Shown: positions 17,992 to 27,517 of the stretch, one piece after another
Layout: each line of letters starts with the position of its first letter
Position numbering within the stretch: the stretch's first letter is position 1
Assembly: GCA_023703555.1 (NCBI GenBank)
Contig: CP097968.1
Coordinates: 765,168 to 829,167 of the forward strand
DNA: 64,000 bases
Direction: 5' to 3'
Origin: SAR86 cluster bacterium
Lineage (GTDB): Bacteria; Pseudomonadota; Gammaproteobacteria; Magnimaribacterales; TMED112
Program-made: the position numbers and the translations under genes
Notes under the pieces: model-generated
The model's input: only the letters and a program-made list of their open reading frames with translations
What the model was told of the DNA's origin: nothing
The model's database searches: none

Positions 17992-18966
17992 TTAATTTAT
18001 ATGGTTTACAACTTCTTTAATATATCCCATTAAGTCCTTATTGATAAAGCCTAGCCTATTCGGTTCAAACTTTACAATAAATCCAAGATCTAAGTAACTT
18101 AATAATGCTGCAGTGTAAAATCCAGTAACATATTTAAAATTCATTTTGCTGTGTAATTCCTCAATATTTATTTTTGTCTCAAGAATGTTTAGCCTTTTAG
18201 AATGGATTTTAGAAACCACTGACTTTTGAAAATCAATTGGATCTCTTGGATGAAATTTTAAGTGAACAACTTTAAACTCTGACAGCAATTGTCGGACAAA
18301 ATTCAATAATATATTTTCATGTTCTTTCAAGTTATTTAGAAATGGCTGGTTCAATAATAAAATTTCATCACTAGATCCTTTTCTTTCCTTTATTTTTAGA
18401 TTTTTATACTCAACCTGGACTTGTCGTTTAATTGGCACTGGCTTTGTATAAATGATACGTTTTACAACCTTGTTATTTAGTCTAAAAAATGTTTCATGGC
18501 CAATTGAAAAAAGGGTACTGCCCTTAATACCCAAAATGAACGAATAAACAAAGTTCTTAAACTTATCTCTAATTTTAGGACTGGGTTCTCTTACTAAATT
18601 TGGTATGTAAGATGCCATACCTCCATCTTCGCTTAAGGTGCTTTTTATACCTTTTTTCTCGTAAGCTCTATAAGCCACATAATGGTTGAAAGGTTCATAT
18701 TCAGAAAATAAAATTAAATCGTTGAATTCCTCAGAATCAATTAAATCTGAAATTTGATTTCTATATTTATTTAATTTAAACAAATCTAAAGATCTTAATT
18801 TAACTGGATCAGGTATTAAAAGGCACTTAGAGTAATTTATTTTCTCCAAGTCTTTGATTTTAAGGTTATGACATATTGCTAAAACTGTTATTTCAGAACC
18901 TAACTCTAGCCTAAGCAACTCTCGAATGTGATAACTATTATTTATCACAACCAATACCTTACTCAT
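17992..18966 (-). CDS. Hypothetical protein; candidate sialyltransferase
   Basis: 324 aa with no obvious family. It contains SEDGG (aa 112-116) and KFHPRDP (aa 237-243), 126 aa apart. These resemble the D/E-D/E-G and HP motifs reported for bacterial sialyltransferases. It sits between neuB and neuC. Confidence 0.4.
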   Translation of the reverse strand: MSKVLVVINNSYHIRELLRLELGSEITVLAICHNLKIKDLEKINYSKCLLIPDPVKLRSLDLFKLNKYRNQISDLIDSEEFNDLILFSEYEPFNHYVAYRAYEKKGIKSTLSEDGGMASYIPNLVREPSPKIRDKFKNFVYSFILGIKGSTLFSIGHETFFRLNNKVVKRIIYTKPVPIKRQVQVEYKNLKIKERKGSSDEILLLNQPFLNNLKEHENILLNFVRQLLSEFKVVHLKFHPRDPIDFQKSVVSKIHSKRLNILETKINIEELHSKMNFKYVTGFYTAALLSYLDLGFIVKFEPNRLGFINKDLMGYIKEVVNHIN

Positions 18967-19918
18967 TGCTATATCCAGATATTTTAATGTAAACAGGCCA
19001 GTGTTTTAGTTGCTCTTCAATTGTACATAATCCACTTTTTTTATAGAGGAATGATCTCACCATCTCATAGACTCCCTCTTTGTAGGTACCAATTGGTTCA
19101 GAAAGATCAAGCTCTTGAGTCTGAAAGCTACCTTTTGGTATGAACTGCAATTTCTCTAAGGGCTTAAGCACATATCGGTTCTTATCAGTTGTAATGTTCA
19201 AACCCCACCTTCCAACACCATTCCAATTTGCAATATAGCTAAATGGGATTCCTTTCAACGTAGAACCAGATCCAGAAAAGCTCATAGGTTCATGCCATGA
19301 ACTTGTACCGAAGTGATTACAATGAATATCTTTAACTCCTCCTGATAAAAAAAGAAATAAGTCAACAACATGTGTGGAATTTGCTAAAAACCATCTTTGT
19401 TTCTCGACTAGACTCTTTTTTAAAGACACAACCTGATTTGAAAACTCTGTAAATTCAAAGCTAAAGCTTTGAACTTTTTCGTACTGAAGTTTATCTTTAA
19501 GAAGATTGATGCTTCTATAGAATCTTCTATTATATGCAATAAATATTTCTGTGTTTTTGTTTTTTAGTTTTATTAGTCTCTCAAGGTCATTTCTATTAAG
19601 GCTTCCAGGCTTTTCAAGTAAGATTGACTGAACTTTGTAATTTAATAAATGCTCACAAACTAGTGGTAGTTCTTCGATATCAGTTGCTACTATCGATCTT
19701 TTTATATTTGATTTTATTAACTTTTCATTACTTTCAACCCCTCCAGAAAATACTTCTATATTATTTGTTTCAGAAAATGCAGTGCTTCCTTTTAAAGATC
19801 TTCCAATGACCAGAATTTGATCTTTACTTAAAAGCAACTCCAAAACATTAAAATATTCCTGAGCCATATTCCCTGTTCCAACTAGGAGTATTTTTTCTTT
19901 AGGTGATATCTCTAACAT
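18959..19918 (-). CDS. Gfo/Idh/MocA-family NAD(P) oxidoreductase
   Basis: 319 aa. It has the N-terminal Rossmann ILLVGTGNMAQEY, the EKP motif (ILLEKPGS) and AYNRRF. Confidence 0.6.
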   Translation of the reverse strand: MLEISPKEKILLVGTGNMAQEYFNVLELLLSKDQILVIGRSLKGSTAFSETNNIEVFSGGVESNEKLIKSNIKRSIVATDIEELPLVCEHLLNYKVQSILLEKPGSLNRNDLERLIKLKNKNTEIFIAYNRRFYRSINLLKDKLQYEKVQSFSFEFTEFSNQVVSLKKSLVEKQRWFLANSTHVVDLFLFLSGGVKDIHCNHFGTSSWHEPMSFSGSGSTLKGIPFSYIANWNGVGRWGLNITTDKNRYVLKPLEKLQFIPKGSFQTQELDLSEPIGTYKEGVYEMVRSFLYKKSGLCTIEEQLKHWPVYIKISGYSNE

Positions 19919-20873
19919 TTTGATCTTTTATCCAATGTGTATTATTTATCAATGAATCCAGAAAACATCTGTGCAGACATATTGATTCTCGAAGGGGGGT
20001 TAAATGTGTGCGTCCAGAAAGAAGCAATGTTTCGTATTCATCAATTAGAACAGAGCTTAAATACGGAAAACTAAACTCCTTAATTTTTAGGGCTGATTTA
20101 GCTTTATCATAGACCTGAATAGTTCCACTATCCTCTTTAATTGTGGTTACATAATTTTTAGATTGAAAAATTATTTTTCTTTCAATCCCCTCCTCTTTAT
20201 ATGATTCAATTACGAATGGAATATTTGATAAATTTCCACATACACGTCCAGTATATTCAGTGTAGCCTGTCCTTTTTGATAAACAATCTGTTAATTGCAT
20301 TGTACTAAATTCTAAATCTAAGTTTTCTTCTTCTAGAAAATAAGAAAGTAAATCTATATAGTGGATTGCATTGCATGCAAGACCTATATTGGATCCTACA
20401 ACTCTAAATTCAGTAATGTCATGCAAGATTTTTTGCAATTCAACATAACTGGGCATTGCTCGTCTTGTACAATTTACATAGCAATTTTTATAACTTTCTA
20501 TATTTTTTTCAATGGATGCGTACTGTCTTAAATCATTGAATAAAAATTTTTCAAGAATTATATTTTTTATATTTAGTATTTTTGATTGTTCCAACAATTT
20601 ATATCTTGGTTTTGAGCTTGTGCTTAATATCAAAAGATCTAAATCTTCTTCAATATCCTCCAAAGAGGAAACAATTTTATAGGTTTTCATGTTTTGCTCT
20701 AAATTCAATTTTGATTTCTTTATTGCCTCAACATCCTGATCAATAATATAAAAAAAAATTTCACTTTTAACACGGCATAGGGCCTCTATGTGTCTGAAGC
20801 CGATATTTCCACAACCAACTATGGCAACTTTAAAAATCATTGAATATTTTTTGGACGGGTTTTTGCCAAACAT
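19899..20873 (-). CDS. Gfo/Idh/MocA-family NAD(P) oxidoreductase
   Basis: 324 aa. It has FKVAIVGCGNIGFRHIEAL and IILEKF. The true start may be MIFKV at 20840, which would reduce the overlap with neuC. Confidence 0.6.
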   Translation of the reverse strand: MFGKNPSKKYSMIFKVAIVGCGNIGFRHIEALCRVKSEIFFYIIDQDVEAIKKSKLNLEQNMKTYKIVSSLEDIEEDLDLLILSTSSKPRYKLLEQSKILNIKNIILEKFLFNDLRQYASIEKNIESYKNCYVNCTRRAMPSYVELQKILHDITEFRVVGSNIGLACNAIHYIDLLSYFLEEENLDLEFSTMQLTDCLSKRTGYTEYTGRVCGNLSNIPFVIESYKEEGIERKIIFQSKNYVTTIKEDSGTIQVYDKAKSALKIKEFSFPYLSSVLIDEYETLLLSGRTHLTPLRESICLHRCFLDSLINNTHWIKDQNVRDIT

Positions 20874-21957
20874 AATCTTTACACAAGACTTCTAAAAATT
20901 TATTTGCGCTATTCCCTTCTCCAAATTCATTAGTTGGATTAAACGATTGTGTTTTTGCTTGAAGTATAGAACCTATGATTTCTTGTTCATCAAAATTGCA
21001 ATTTATGATCGACTCAGTAGACTTATCTCTACCTTTCTGCCTATTTCCAATATTTATTGATGGCACTCCATAAAATGGAGCTTCTCGAATCCCTGCACTC
21101 GAATTCCCTATGATAAATTTAGCATTCTTTAAAAGAGTTAAAAAATATTCAAACCTAATACTGGGAAATTGTCTAAATTGTGAGGTGCTTAACTTATTTT
21201 TGAATGAAGTTAGTATCTCTTTATGTCCATGGTCATTATTTGGTGAGATTACTATGCAATCTTCATTTGTAGATAAAAGTGCATCACAAAGGATGTTAGA
21301 ATTATATTTATTTTCTTCAGAGCTAATAGTGGTTACGGGGTGCAGAAGAACAATTCCATAATTTTTAAAATTTATATCATATCTTCTCTGAGCTTCTTTA
21401 AGTGATGGGAGAGTCTTTGAAACCATAGTATCAAGATCTGGTGACCCTATTACAAATATTGAATTAGGATCTTCGCCTAACTGACATAGTCTTTTCTTAG
21501 AGGCATCATTTGACACAAAATGGAGATGAGAAAGTTTTGAAATAGAGTGTCTAATATGTTCATCTATGGTCCCTGAGACCTCCCCGCCCTCTATATGAGC
21601 AACTAGAAAATTATTAAATGCTCCAACTATTGCTCCTGCCAGTGGTTCTAACCTATCTCCATGAAGAACAATTAGATCAGGATTAATATTTTTTACATAA
21701 TTAGAAAATTGTTTTATTGTTTTGCTTAAAGCAATATCCATCTCGCCATTTGAAGAATTGCTCACTTTGAAAGTGTTTTTTTTAGCAAATTTTTCAACCT
21801 CAATGTAAGTTTCTCCAAACTTTTTTTCTAAGTGCATGCCTGTTATGAAAATATGTGTTTCAAATTGTGTACTATGCTCATTTAATGCAAGTATAAGAGA
21901 TTTCATTTTGCCAAAATCAGCTCTAGTACCCGTAAGAAAAACAACTTTTTTATGCAT
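20830..21957 (-). CDS. neuC: UDP-N-acetylglucosamine 2-epimerase (hydrolysing)
   Basis: 375 aa. VVFLTGTRADFGKMKSL, LHGDRLEPLAGAIVG and VAHIEGGEVSGTIDEHIRHSISKLSHLHF are the NeuC/LegG-type signature. Confidence 0.85.
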   Translation of the reverse strand: MHKKVVFLTGTRADFGKMKSLILALNEHSTQFETHIFITGMHLEKKFGETYIEVEKFAKKNTFKVSNSSNGEMDIALSKTIKQFSNYVKNINPDLIVLHGDRLEPLAGAIVGAFNNFLVAHIEGGEVSGTIDEHIRHSISKLSHLHFVSNDASKKRLCQLGEDPNSIFVIGSPDLDTMVSKTLPSLKEAQRRYDINFKNYGIVLLHPVTTISSEENKYNSNILCDALLSTNEDCIVISPNNDHGHKEILTSFKNKLSTSQFRQFPSIRFEYFLTLLKNAKFIIGNSSAGIREAPFYGVPSINIGNRQKGRDKSTESIINCNFDEQEIIGSILQAKTQSFNPTNEFGEGNSANKFLEVLCKDYVWQKPVQKIFNDF

Positions 21958-22900
21958 ATGGTGTATTTAAAAATTCTTCATAAGCTATTTTTAATCCATC
22001 AACAAGATTTACTTTTGGTATCCAGCCTAAGTTTCTTATTTTAGATGAGCTTAACTTTTTTCTAATTGTCCCATCTGGTTTTGTGTTATCAAAAACAATA
22101 TTGCCCTTAAACTCCACAATATCTTTAATAAGATAAGAAAGCTTTTCTATACTTAATTCTTCATCACTACCTACATTGATGTGAGAGTTTTGCTGTTCAG
22201 TAATAAGTTCATATTCACCTTTAGGAAGACTCAATATATGTAAAATTGCCTCAGAAAGATCATCAACAAATAGAAATTCTCTTTTTGGCTTGCCAGAACC
22301 CCAAACTTTTACAAAATCACTATTATTTTTTTTTGCATGATGGAATTTGTAGAGCAGGCCAGGTATTACATGTGAATTTTCTGGGTGGTAATTATCATTT
22401 GGCCCATACAGGTTTGTTGGCATTAATGACCTAAAATCTGTTTCATATTGTCTATTGTACGATTCACAAAGCTTTATTCCCGCTATTTTAGCTATTGCAT
22501 ATGGCTCATTAGTCTTCTCTAACTTAGAAGACAACAAGTCCTCTTCACGGATTTCTTCTGTGTTGTCATTAGGATAGACACAAGAACTTCCTAAGAAGAT
22601 AAGTTTCTTAATGTCATTTTCAAAAGAAAATTTAATTAGATTATTTTGAATTTGCAGATTATCTAAAATAAAATCTACAGGGTATTTGTTGTTAGCGTAT
22701 ATCCCTCCGACTTTAGCTGCACATACAACCACATAGTCTGGTTTGCTTTTCGACATAAATTTACTAACTGCAAGCTCATCCCTCAAATCAAGCTCACTCT
22801 TTTCAGCAGTAATTATCTGGTATAAAGATGTCTTGTCTACAATCTTTAATAAGGATTTACCGACCATACCATTATGACCTGCAATATATAGTTTTTTCAC
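21950..22900 (-). CDS. fcl: GDP-L-fucose synthase (GDP-4-keto-6-deoxymannose 3,5-epimerase/4-reductase)
   Basis: 316 aa. It has [31 protein letters not shown] and NLYGPNDNY. 4-nt overlap with gmd. Confidence 0.85.
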   Translation of the reverse strand: MKKLYIAGHNGMVGKSLLKIVDKTSLYQIITAEKSELDLRDELAVSKFMSKSKPDYVVVCAAKVGGIYANNKYPVDFILDNLQIQNNLIKFSFENDIKKLIFLGSSCVYPNDNTEEIREEDLLSSKLEKTNEPYAIAKIAGIKLCESYNRQYETDFRSLMPTNLYGPNDNYHPENSHVIPGLLYKFHHAKKNNSDFVKVWGSGKPKREFLFVDDLSEAILHILSLPKGEYELITEQQNSHINVGSDEELSIEKLSYLIKDIVEFKGNIVFDNTKPDGTIRKKLSSSKIRNLGWIPKVNLVDGLKIAYEEFLNTPYA

Positions 22901-23991
22901 TGCAATTCTTTTAGCTTTCTTTCTTCAAAAGCATTTTTTAGATCATTTTCTATCATATCGTTAACAAGGTCATCCAAAGTAATCTTAGAGGACCACTTTA
23001 ATTCTTTCATGGCCTTCGTTGAGTCACCCAATAATGTTTCAACCTCAGATGGCCTGAAATATTTCTCATTGATTTCGATTATGCTTTTTCCTGGTATAAC
23101 TGAGTTTGAAAATTTATTAGGGGACTTATCAATTATTAGCTTTTCATCAAGGGCTTTCCCTTCCCAATGGTACTTAAAGCCCAAATAATCTAAAGACTTT
23201 TCACAAAATTGTCTGACAGAAATTTGAGACCCTGATGAAATTACAAAATCATCTGGTTTATTGTGTTGCAGAATTCTCCATTGCATCTCAACATAATCTT
23301 TTGCATGGCCCCAATCTCTTTTTGCATCAAGGTTTCCTAGCACCAATTTTTCTTGAAGCCCATAACAAATTCTTGATAATGCCTTCGTAATCTTTCTTGT
23401 AACAAAAGTTTCACCTCTTCTTGGAGACTCATGGTTAAACAATATGCCATTAGATGCAAATAAACCGTAAGCCTCTCTATAATTTACTGTTATCCAGTAA
23501 CTGTATAATTTGGCTACTGCGTAAGGGCTTCTTGGGTAAAAGGGTGTTTTTTCGGTCTGAGGCACATCTTGAACTAAGCCATAAAGCTCTGAAGAAGATG
23601 CTTGATAAAATTTAGCTTTATCTAATAGGTTGTTGGCTTTTATTGACTCTAGTATACGTAATGCACCAAGCGCATTTATATCGGATGTATATTCTGGAAT
23701 TGAGAATGATACGGAAACATGTGACTGTGCTCCTAAGTTATAAATTTCATCTGGTTTTAGGTCACCTATAAGATTACTTATAGATGCATAATCTGAAAGA
23801 TCGCCATAATGTAAGTATAGTGATTTGTTATTCTTAAATGGATCTTCATAGATTTGATCAATTCTTCCAGTATTAAAACTTGAAGATCTTCTTATAATGC
23901 CATGAACTTCATATCCCTTTTGTAAAAGTAACTCAGCGAGATATGAACCATCTTGACCTGTTATACCAGTGATTAATGCAATTTTTTTCAT
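22897..23991 (-). CDS. gmd: GDP-mannose 4,6-dehydratase
   Basis: 364 aa. It has [44 protein letters not shown] and [10 protein letters not shown]. Confidence 0.9.
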   Translation of the reverse strand: MKKIALITGITGQDGSYLAELLLQKGYEVHGIIRRSSSFNTGRIDQIYEDPFKNNKSLYLHYGDLSDYASISNLIGDLKPDEIYNLGAQSHVSVSFSIPEYTSDINALGALRILESIKANNLLDKAKFYQASSSELYGLVQDVPQTEKTPFYPRSPYAVAKLYSYWITVNYREAYGLFASNGILFNHESPRRGETFVTRKITKALSRICYGLQEKLVLGNLDAKRDWGHAKDYVEMQWRILQHNKPDDFVISSGSQISVRQFCEKSLDYLGFKYHWEGKALDEKLIIDKSPNKFSNSVIPGKSIIEINEKYFRPSEVETLLGDSTKAMKELKWSSKITLDDLVNDMIENDLKNAFEERKLKELQ

Positions 23992-24908
23992 AAGTTTTCA
24001 AGTTTTGCTATTTTCGATAATTTAAATGTAAGTAGATTTAATGCGATATATTTTCCATTTATAGCAAGAATTAAAATTAAAAAAGTAATAAGGCTATTCA
24101 GAATTAATACAGAAAGAACTAAATAAGTAAATCTGTCAGGACTGCTTTTTACTTCTGGAAAACTTGGATTATCAATAATTTTAAATAGATAGTTTTCGTT
24201 ATTAGTAAAGAGTAGTTTCTGTAATTCATTTTGTATCATCCCTGCCAAAATTCTTCTCACATCAATTGACTCTGTTGAATTAAGCTGTGTTGTAAGAAAT
24301 TCTAAATAATTTTGATGCTCTTGCTTGTGCTTATTTTTTAAATAGATATCAAGCTCGTTGACGACAAGCTCTAAAAGCTCTTTGGCAAAATAAGGTGATA
24401 TATGAGTTACAGACATTTTTATAAATCCCTCATCATCAATACTTGCTTTGAAGTTCTCTTTTATAAAGCTACCATGAGCCTCAGTCAGTGTTGGGAAAGA
24501 GATAAATTCGCCGTTTTTATAAATTTGACTTTTGTAAGAGTATGATTTTGTAGCTATATTAAATTTTTCTGCTGCAATGAGTTTTGAAATTATGTAATCA
24601 TTGTAAAGGGCTTGCTCAAAAAATGTCTTTGATCTAATGGTTACCAATGCTTCCGAGGTTACCCCTCTGGATGAACTAGTAGGCCCACCAACAAGTTGTG
24701 CAAGACCTGCAAACCCCGAGCTTGCAGATGTATCGTCAGAAGACCTTGGCATATATATTGCTTCTGATTTGTATGAATTTGGAATGCCAAGAAGAATGGC
24801 AACAACAGTCGTCATTACAATAAAATTTAAAATAACATATAACTGTATAGATTTAGTAACCGCTTTTAAAATTTCCTTCCAGGAATAATCTTTTACTTTT
24901 TCGCTCAT
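23988..24908 (-). CDS. Wzz-like polysaccharide chain-length determinant (PCP, no kinase domain)
   Basis: 306 aa. It has an N-terminal TM helix ([20 protein letters not shown]) followed by YKSEA. A Pro-rich motif [14 protein letters not shown] sits just before the C-terminal TM helix. Confidence 0.7.
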   Translation of the reverse strand: MSEKVKDYSWKEILKAVTKSIQLYVILNFIVMTTVVAILLGIPNSYKSEAIYMPRSSDDTSASSGFAGLAQLVGGPTSSSRGVTSEALVTIRSKTFFEQALYNDYIISKLIAAEKFNIATKSYSYKSQIYKNGEFISFPTLTEAHGSFIKENFKASIDDEGFIKMSVTHISPYFAKELLELVVNELDIYLKNKHKQEHQNYLEFLTTQLNSTESIDVRRILAGMIQNELQKLLFTNNENYLFKIIDNPSFPEVKSSPDRFTYLVLSVLILNSLITFLILILAINGKYIALNLLTFKLSKIAKLENL

Positions 24909-24923
24909 AACTTAAAAACTACT

Positions 24924-25010
24924 TGGTGCCCAGGGCCGGACTTGAACCGGCACGAAGTTGCCTTCGAGGGATTTTAAGTCCCTTGTGTCTACCAATTTCA
25001 CCACCTGGGC
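24924..25010 (-). tRNA. tRNA-Leu (anticodon UAA)
   Basis: Reverse complement reads GCCCAGGTGGTGAAATTGGTAGACACAAGGGACTTAAAATCCCTCGAAGGCAACTTCGTGCCGGTTCAAGTCCGGCCCTGGGCACCA. Acceptor stem is GCCCAGG/CCTGGGC and anticodon loop CTTAAAA. It has a long variable arm, T-loop TTCAAGT and an encoded CCA. Confidence 0.85.
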
Positions 25011-25855
25011 TATAAAAAGTCAAAATTTACTTTTTGCTCTTTTTCTCTATCATCAAGGTCATCATATTTTAATCTATATAAATTATTTTTCTTGATCACA
25101 GATTTTAGAATCTCCATTGTTTTGTTTAATTCTTCACTATATTTGTAGAGAGCAGCAGTATCTTTGGGGAAACAAGCGCCTCCAAAACCTCGTTTACCAT
25201 CAAATCCCGGTACTTGCATATGTGATTTTCCAATTCTTGCATCTTTGCTAACTACTGTTATGAAGTGATTCCAATCACTATCAGTGTTTGATAGTTTAAA
25301 AATGTCATATAGCTCATTAAAAAATAATACTTTTGTTGCTAGGAAGGCATTGATAGAATATTTTATCAATGAAGCAGAAGCTAAATCAGTAAAATGAAAA
25401 TCATTAGATTTGCAGATTGAGTTCTTTATGTAGCATTTCTTTACATATTCACAATCTTCTTTTTCACCGCCAAGGATAACAAATTGAGAATTTTCAAAAT
25501 CATAATCAGCATGAGCTTCTCTAAGAAATTCTGGATTGTAGACAAGCTTTTCTCTAGTTTTATAAATCTCTAATAAAAAATTAGGTAGTACAGTGCTTTT
25601 TATTACACATATAACATCAGGCAGGAGATCATTTAATTGTCCGAGAACTAATTCAATTATTGAATTATCTTGAAAACCATTTTTTCTCATGGGTGTAGGC
25701 AAACAAACAAAAATTAGGTCAGGAGAAAAAGCAACAAGATCTTCTACATTAGTGTTAAGTTTTGGATCAACTGAAAAAATTTTAGTATCCACAGAAAAAC
25801 CATTCTTAATAGCATTTCCTACAAACCCGAGCCCTATTATTCCTACTTTAAGCAT
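25010..25855 (-). CDS. UDP-glucose/GDP-mannose dehydrogenase-family protein, short form lacking the C-terminal nucleotide-sugar domain
   Basis: 281 aa. It has MLKVGIIGLGFVGNA, NPEFLREAHA and the catalytic-Cys motif GGACFPKDTAAL. It ends about 100 to 150 aa earlier than typical Ugd. Its stop codon overlaps the tRNA-Leu 5' end by 1 nt. Confidence 0.6.
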   Translation of the reverse strand: MLKVGIIGLGFVGNAIKNGFSVDTKIFSVDPKLNTNVEDLVAFSPDLIFVCLPTPMRKNGFQDNSIIELVLGQLNDLLPDVICVIKSTVLPNFLLEIYKTREKLVYNPEFLREAHADYDFENSQFVILGGEKEDCEYVKKCYIKNSICKSNDFHFTDLASASLIKYSINAFLATKVLFFNELYDIFKLSNTDSDWNHFITVVSKDARIGKSHMQVPGFDGKRGFGGACFPKDTAALYKYSEELNKTMEILKSVIKKNNLYRLKYDDLDDREKEQKVNFDFL

Positions 25856-25856
25856 A

Positions 25857-26525
25857 TTATGATTTTAAATCGTTAATTGTATCAATATCTTTAGAACTTG
25901 CATCATTCATTATATAAGGGATTATCTCTTCGTTTGGAATCTTGCTAAATTTTCGAAAAGATTTATCTGAAAAAATATAGATAGCTCCATTTGGCATGTA
26001 GCATTTTGGCAGCTCTTGTCTGTTTTGGAAGGGAGCATTGTTATTAAAAGCTCCTGAAAGATTTCCCGTCTCGTTTAAATAAAAAGCTTTTAAATGCGAA
26101 GAGCTTGTCTCTAAAACTGAAATAATAAGTGAATCATCTGGAGATGATTTAAATAATTCAATACAGTCCTCAATATGTACTTCTGTTCTCAGTGGAGAAG
26201 TTGGCTGTAATAGTATCCACACAATTTCTTCGTCATCAAAATAATGTGATGCATGCTTAATAACACTATTCATCGTAGCACTATCTGAGCAATACTGCTC
26301 CGGTCTTCTAAGAAAAAAAATATTTTTATCTGAGGAATAGCTATTCAATTCAGGCATATTTGTAGAGAGTACAATTTTCTCAATATTTTTAACTTTCTTC
26401 GCGCTTGATAATGTCCATTCAATAAGTGGCTTATCTCTAAAGTTTTGTATGTTCTTTTTCTTTATTCCTTTAGACCCTGCTCTTGCAGGAATAAGGATAT
26501 AAAACTTTTTTTTATAATTTTTCAT
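25857..26525 (-). CDS. neuA: Acylneuraminate cytidylyltransferase (CMP-sialic acid synthetase)
   Basis: 222 aa. ILIPARAGSKGIKKKNI and LLQPTSPLR are typical of CMP-NeuAc/CMP-KDO synthetase-type enzymes. Confidence 0.8.
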   Translation of the reverse strand: MKNYKKKFYILIPARAGSKGIKKKNIQNFRDKPLIEWTLSSAKKVKNIEKIVLSTNMPELNSYSSDKNIFFLRRPEQYCSDSATMNSVIKHASHYFDDEEIVWILLQPTSPLRTEVHIEDCIELFKSSPDDSLIISVLETSSSHLKAFYLNETGNLSGAFNNNAPFQNRQELPKCYMPNGAIYIFSDKSFRKFSKIPNEEIIPYIMNDASSKDIDTINDLKS

Positions 26526-27306
26526 GAATAGTAGACAAAATTCTTTCTGTTGTTGGCGAGCAACAAAAGAAACTTGGGTTCATTAAATTCCCTTTATTGT
26601 AATTTAGTCTTTTCCTGGTTTGCAATGTAAGCATTTTTCCTCCTGCTTCTTCAAGAACAAGTTGGGCTGCGGCAGTATCCCATTCCATTGTTGGACCAAG
26701 TCTTGGATATATATCGGCAGAACCTTCAGCTACAGCACAAATTTTTAGTGAACTTCCATAACTAACGACCTCCACCTTGATAGCAGAGGATAATATCTTT
26801 ATAAAATTTTCAGTTTCTTTATTGGTATGTGATCTGCTTGCAACAATAGTTAATTTTTCCCCAACCTCACTTTTAACAGAAATCTGTTCTTGATTTTTAT
26901 ACGAGCCTTTTCCTTTTTGAGCACAATATAAAGATTGAGTAGCGGGGGCATAAACCAGTCCAAAAATTGGATAATTCTTAAAGCATAAAGCCACATTAAT
27001 TGTATAGTCATTTCCCCTTCTAATAAATTCTTTGGTGCCATCTATGGGGTCTATAACCCAATAATATTTCCAGCTTTTTCTTTCATTATGTTCACATAAT
27101 TTTGTTTCCTCTGAAATGATGTTTTGATATTTCGAAGTCTTTAAAAAATGAAACAACTCATTATTTACAAGAGCGTCTGCTTCTGTTAAAGGGGAACCAT
27201 CATTTTTATAAGATAGGATGAATTTTCTTTTCTTAATTATTTCAACTTCGAGGCCAAGTTCGTAAACAAGTGCTTGAAGTTGATTCACAAAATTATCATT
27301 TATCAC
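26512..27306 (-). CDS. cysQ: 3'(2'),5'-bisphosphate nucleotidase (PAP phosphatase)
   Basis: 264 aa. It has WVIDPIDGTKEFIRRG and MEWDTAAAQLVLEEAGG. It is adjacent to cysNC. Confidence 0.75.
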   Translation of the reverse strand: MINDNFVNQLQALVYELGLEVEIIKKRKFILSYKNDGSPLTEADALVNNELFHFLKTSKYQNIISEETKLCEHNERKSWKYYWVIDPIDGTKEFIRRGNDYTINVALCFKNYPIFGLVYAPATQSLYCAQKGKGSYKNQEQISVKSEVGEKLTIVASRSHTNKETENFIKILSSAIKVEVVSYGSSLKICAVAEGSADIYPRLGPTMEWDTAAAQLVLEEAGGKMLTLQTRKRLNYNKGNLMNPSFFCCSPTTERILSTIHEKL

Positions 27307-27517
27307 GAGAAACTAATCCAAATTTAATGTACTTAGCCCATAATCTTTCATGAAAAAAGTATAGAATGAACTTAATAACTAAATCTGCAAAAAAAACAAG
27401 GCCAATTGCTTTTGCTGGAACGCCAAAAAACCATGCAATTAAAGCAGTTACAATTGAGGCGATTGTTCTCCATGTTAGTGCCTTAACAAGACTACGTTTT
27501 GGTGAATCTGTGCTCAC
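27296..27517 (-). CDS. Small membrane protein, DUF2061-like
   Basis: 73 aa with two TM helices. RSLVKALTWRTIASIVT...FFHERLW matches my recollection of DUF2061. It is translationally coupled to cysNC by a 1-nt overlap. Confidence 0.55.
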   Translation of the reverse strand: MSTDSPKRSLVKALTWRTIASIVTALIAWFFGVPAKAIGLVFFADLVIKFILYFFHERLWAKYIKFGLVSRDK

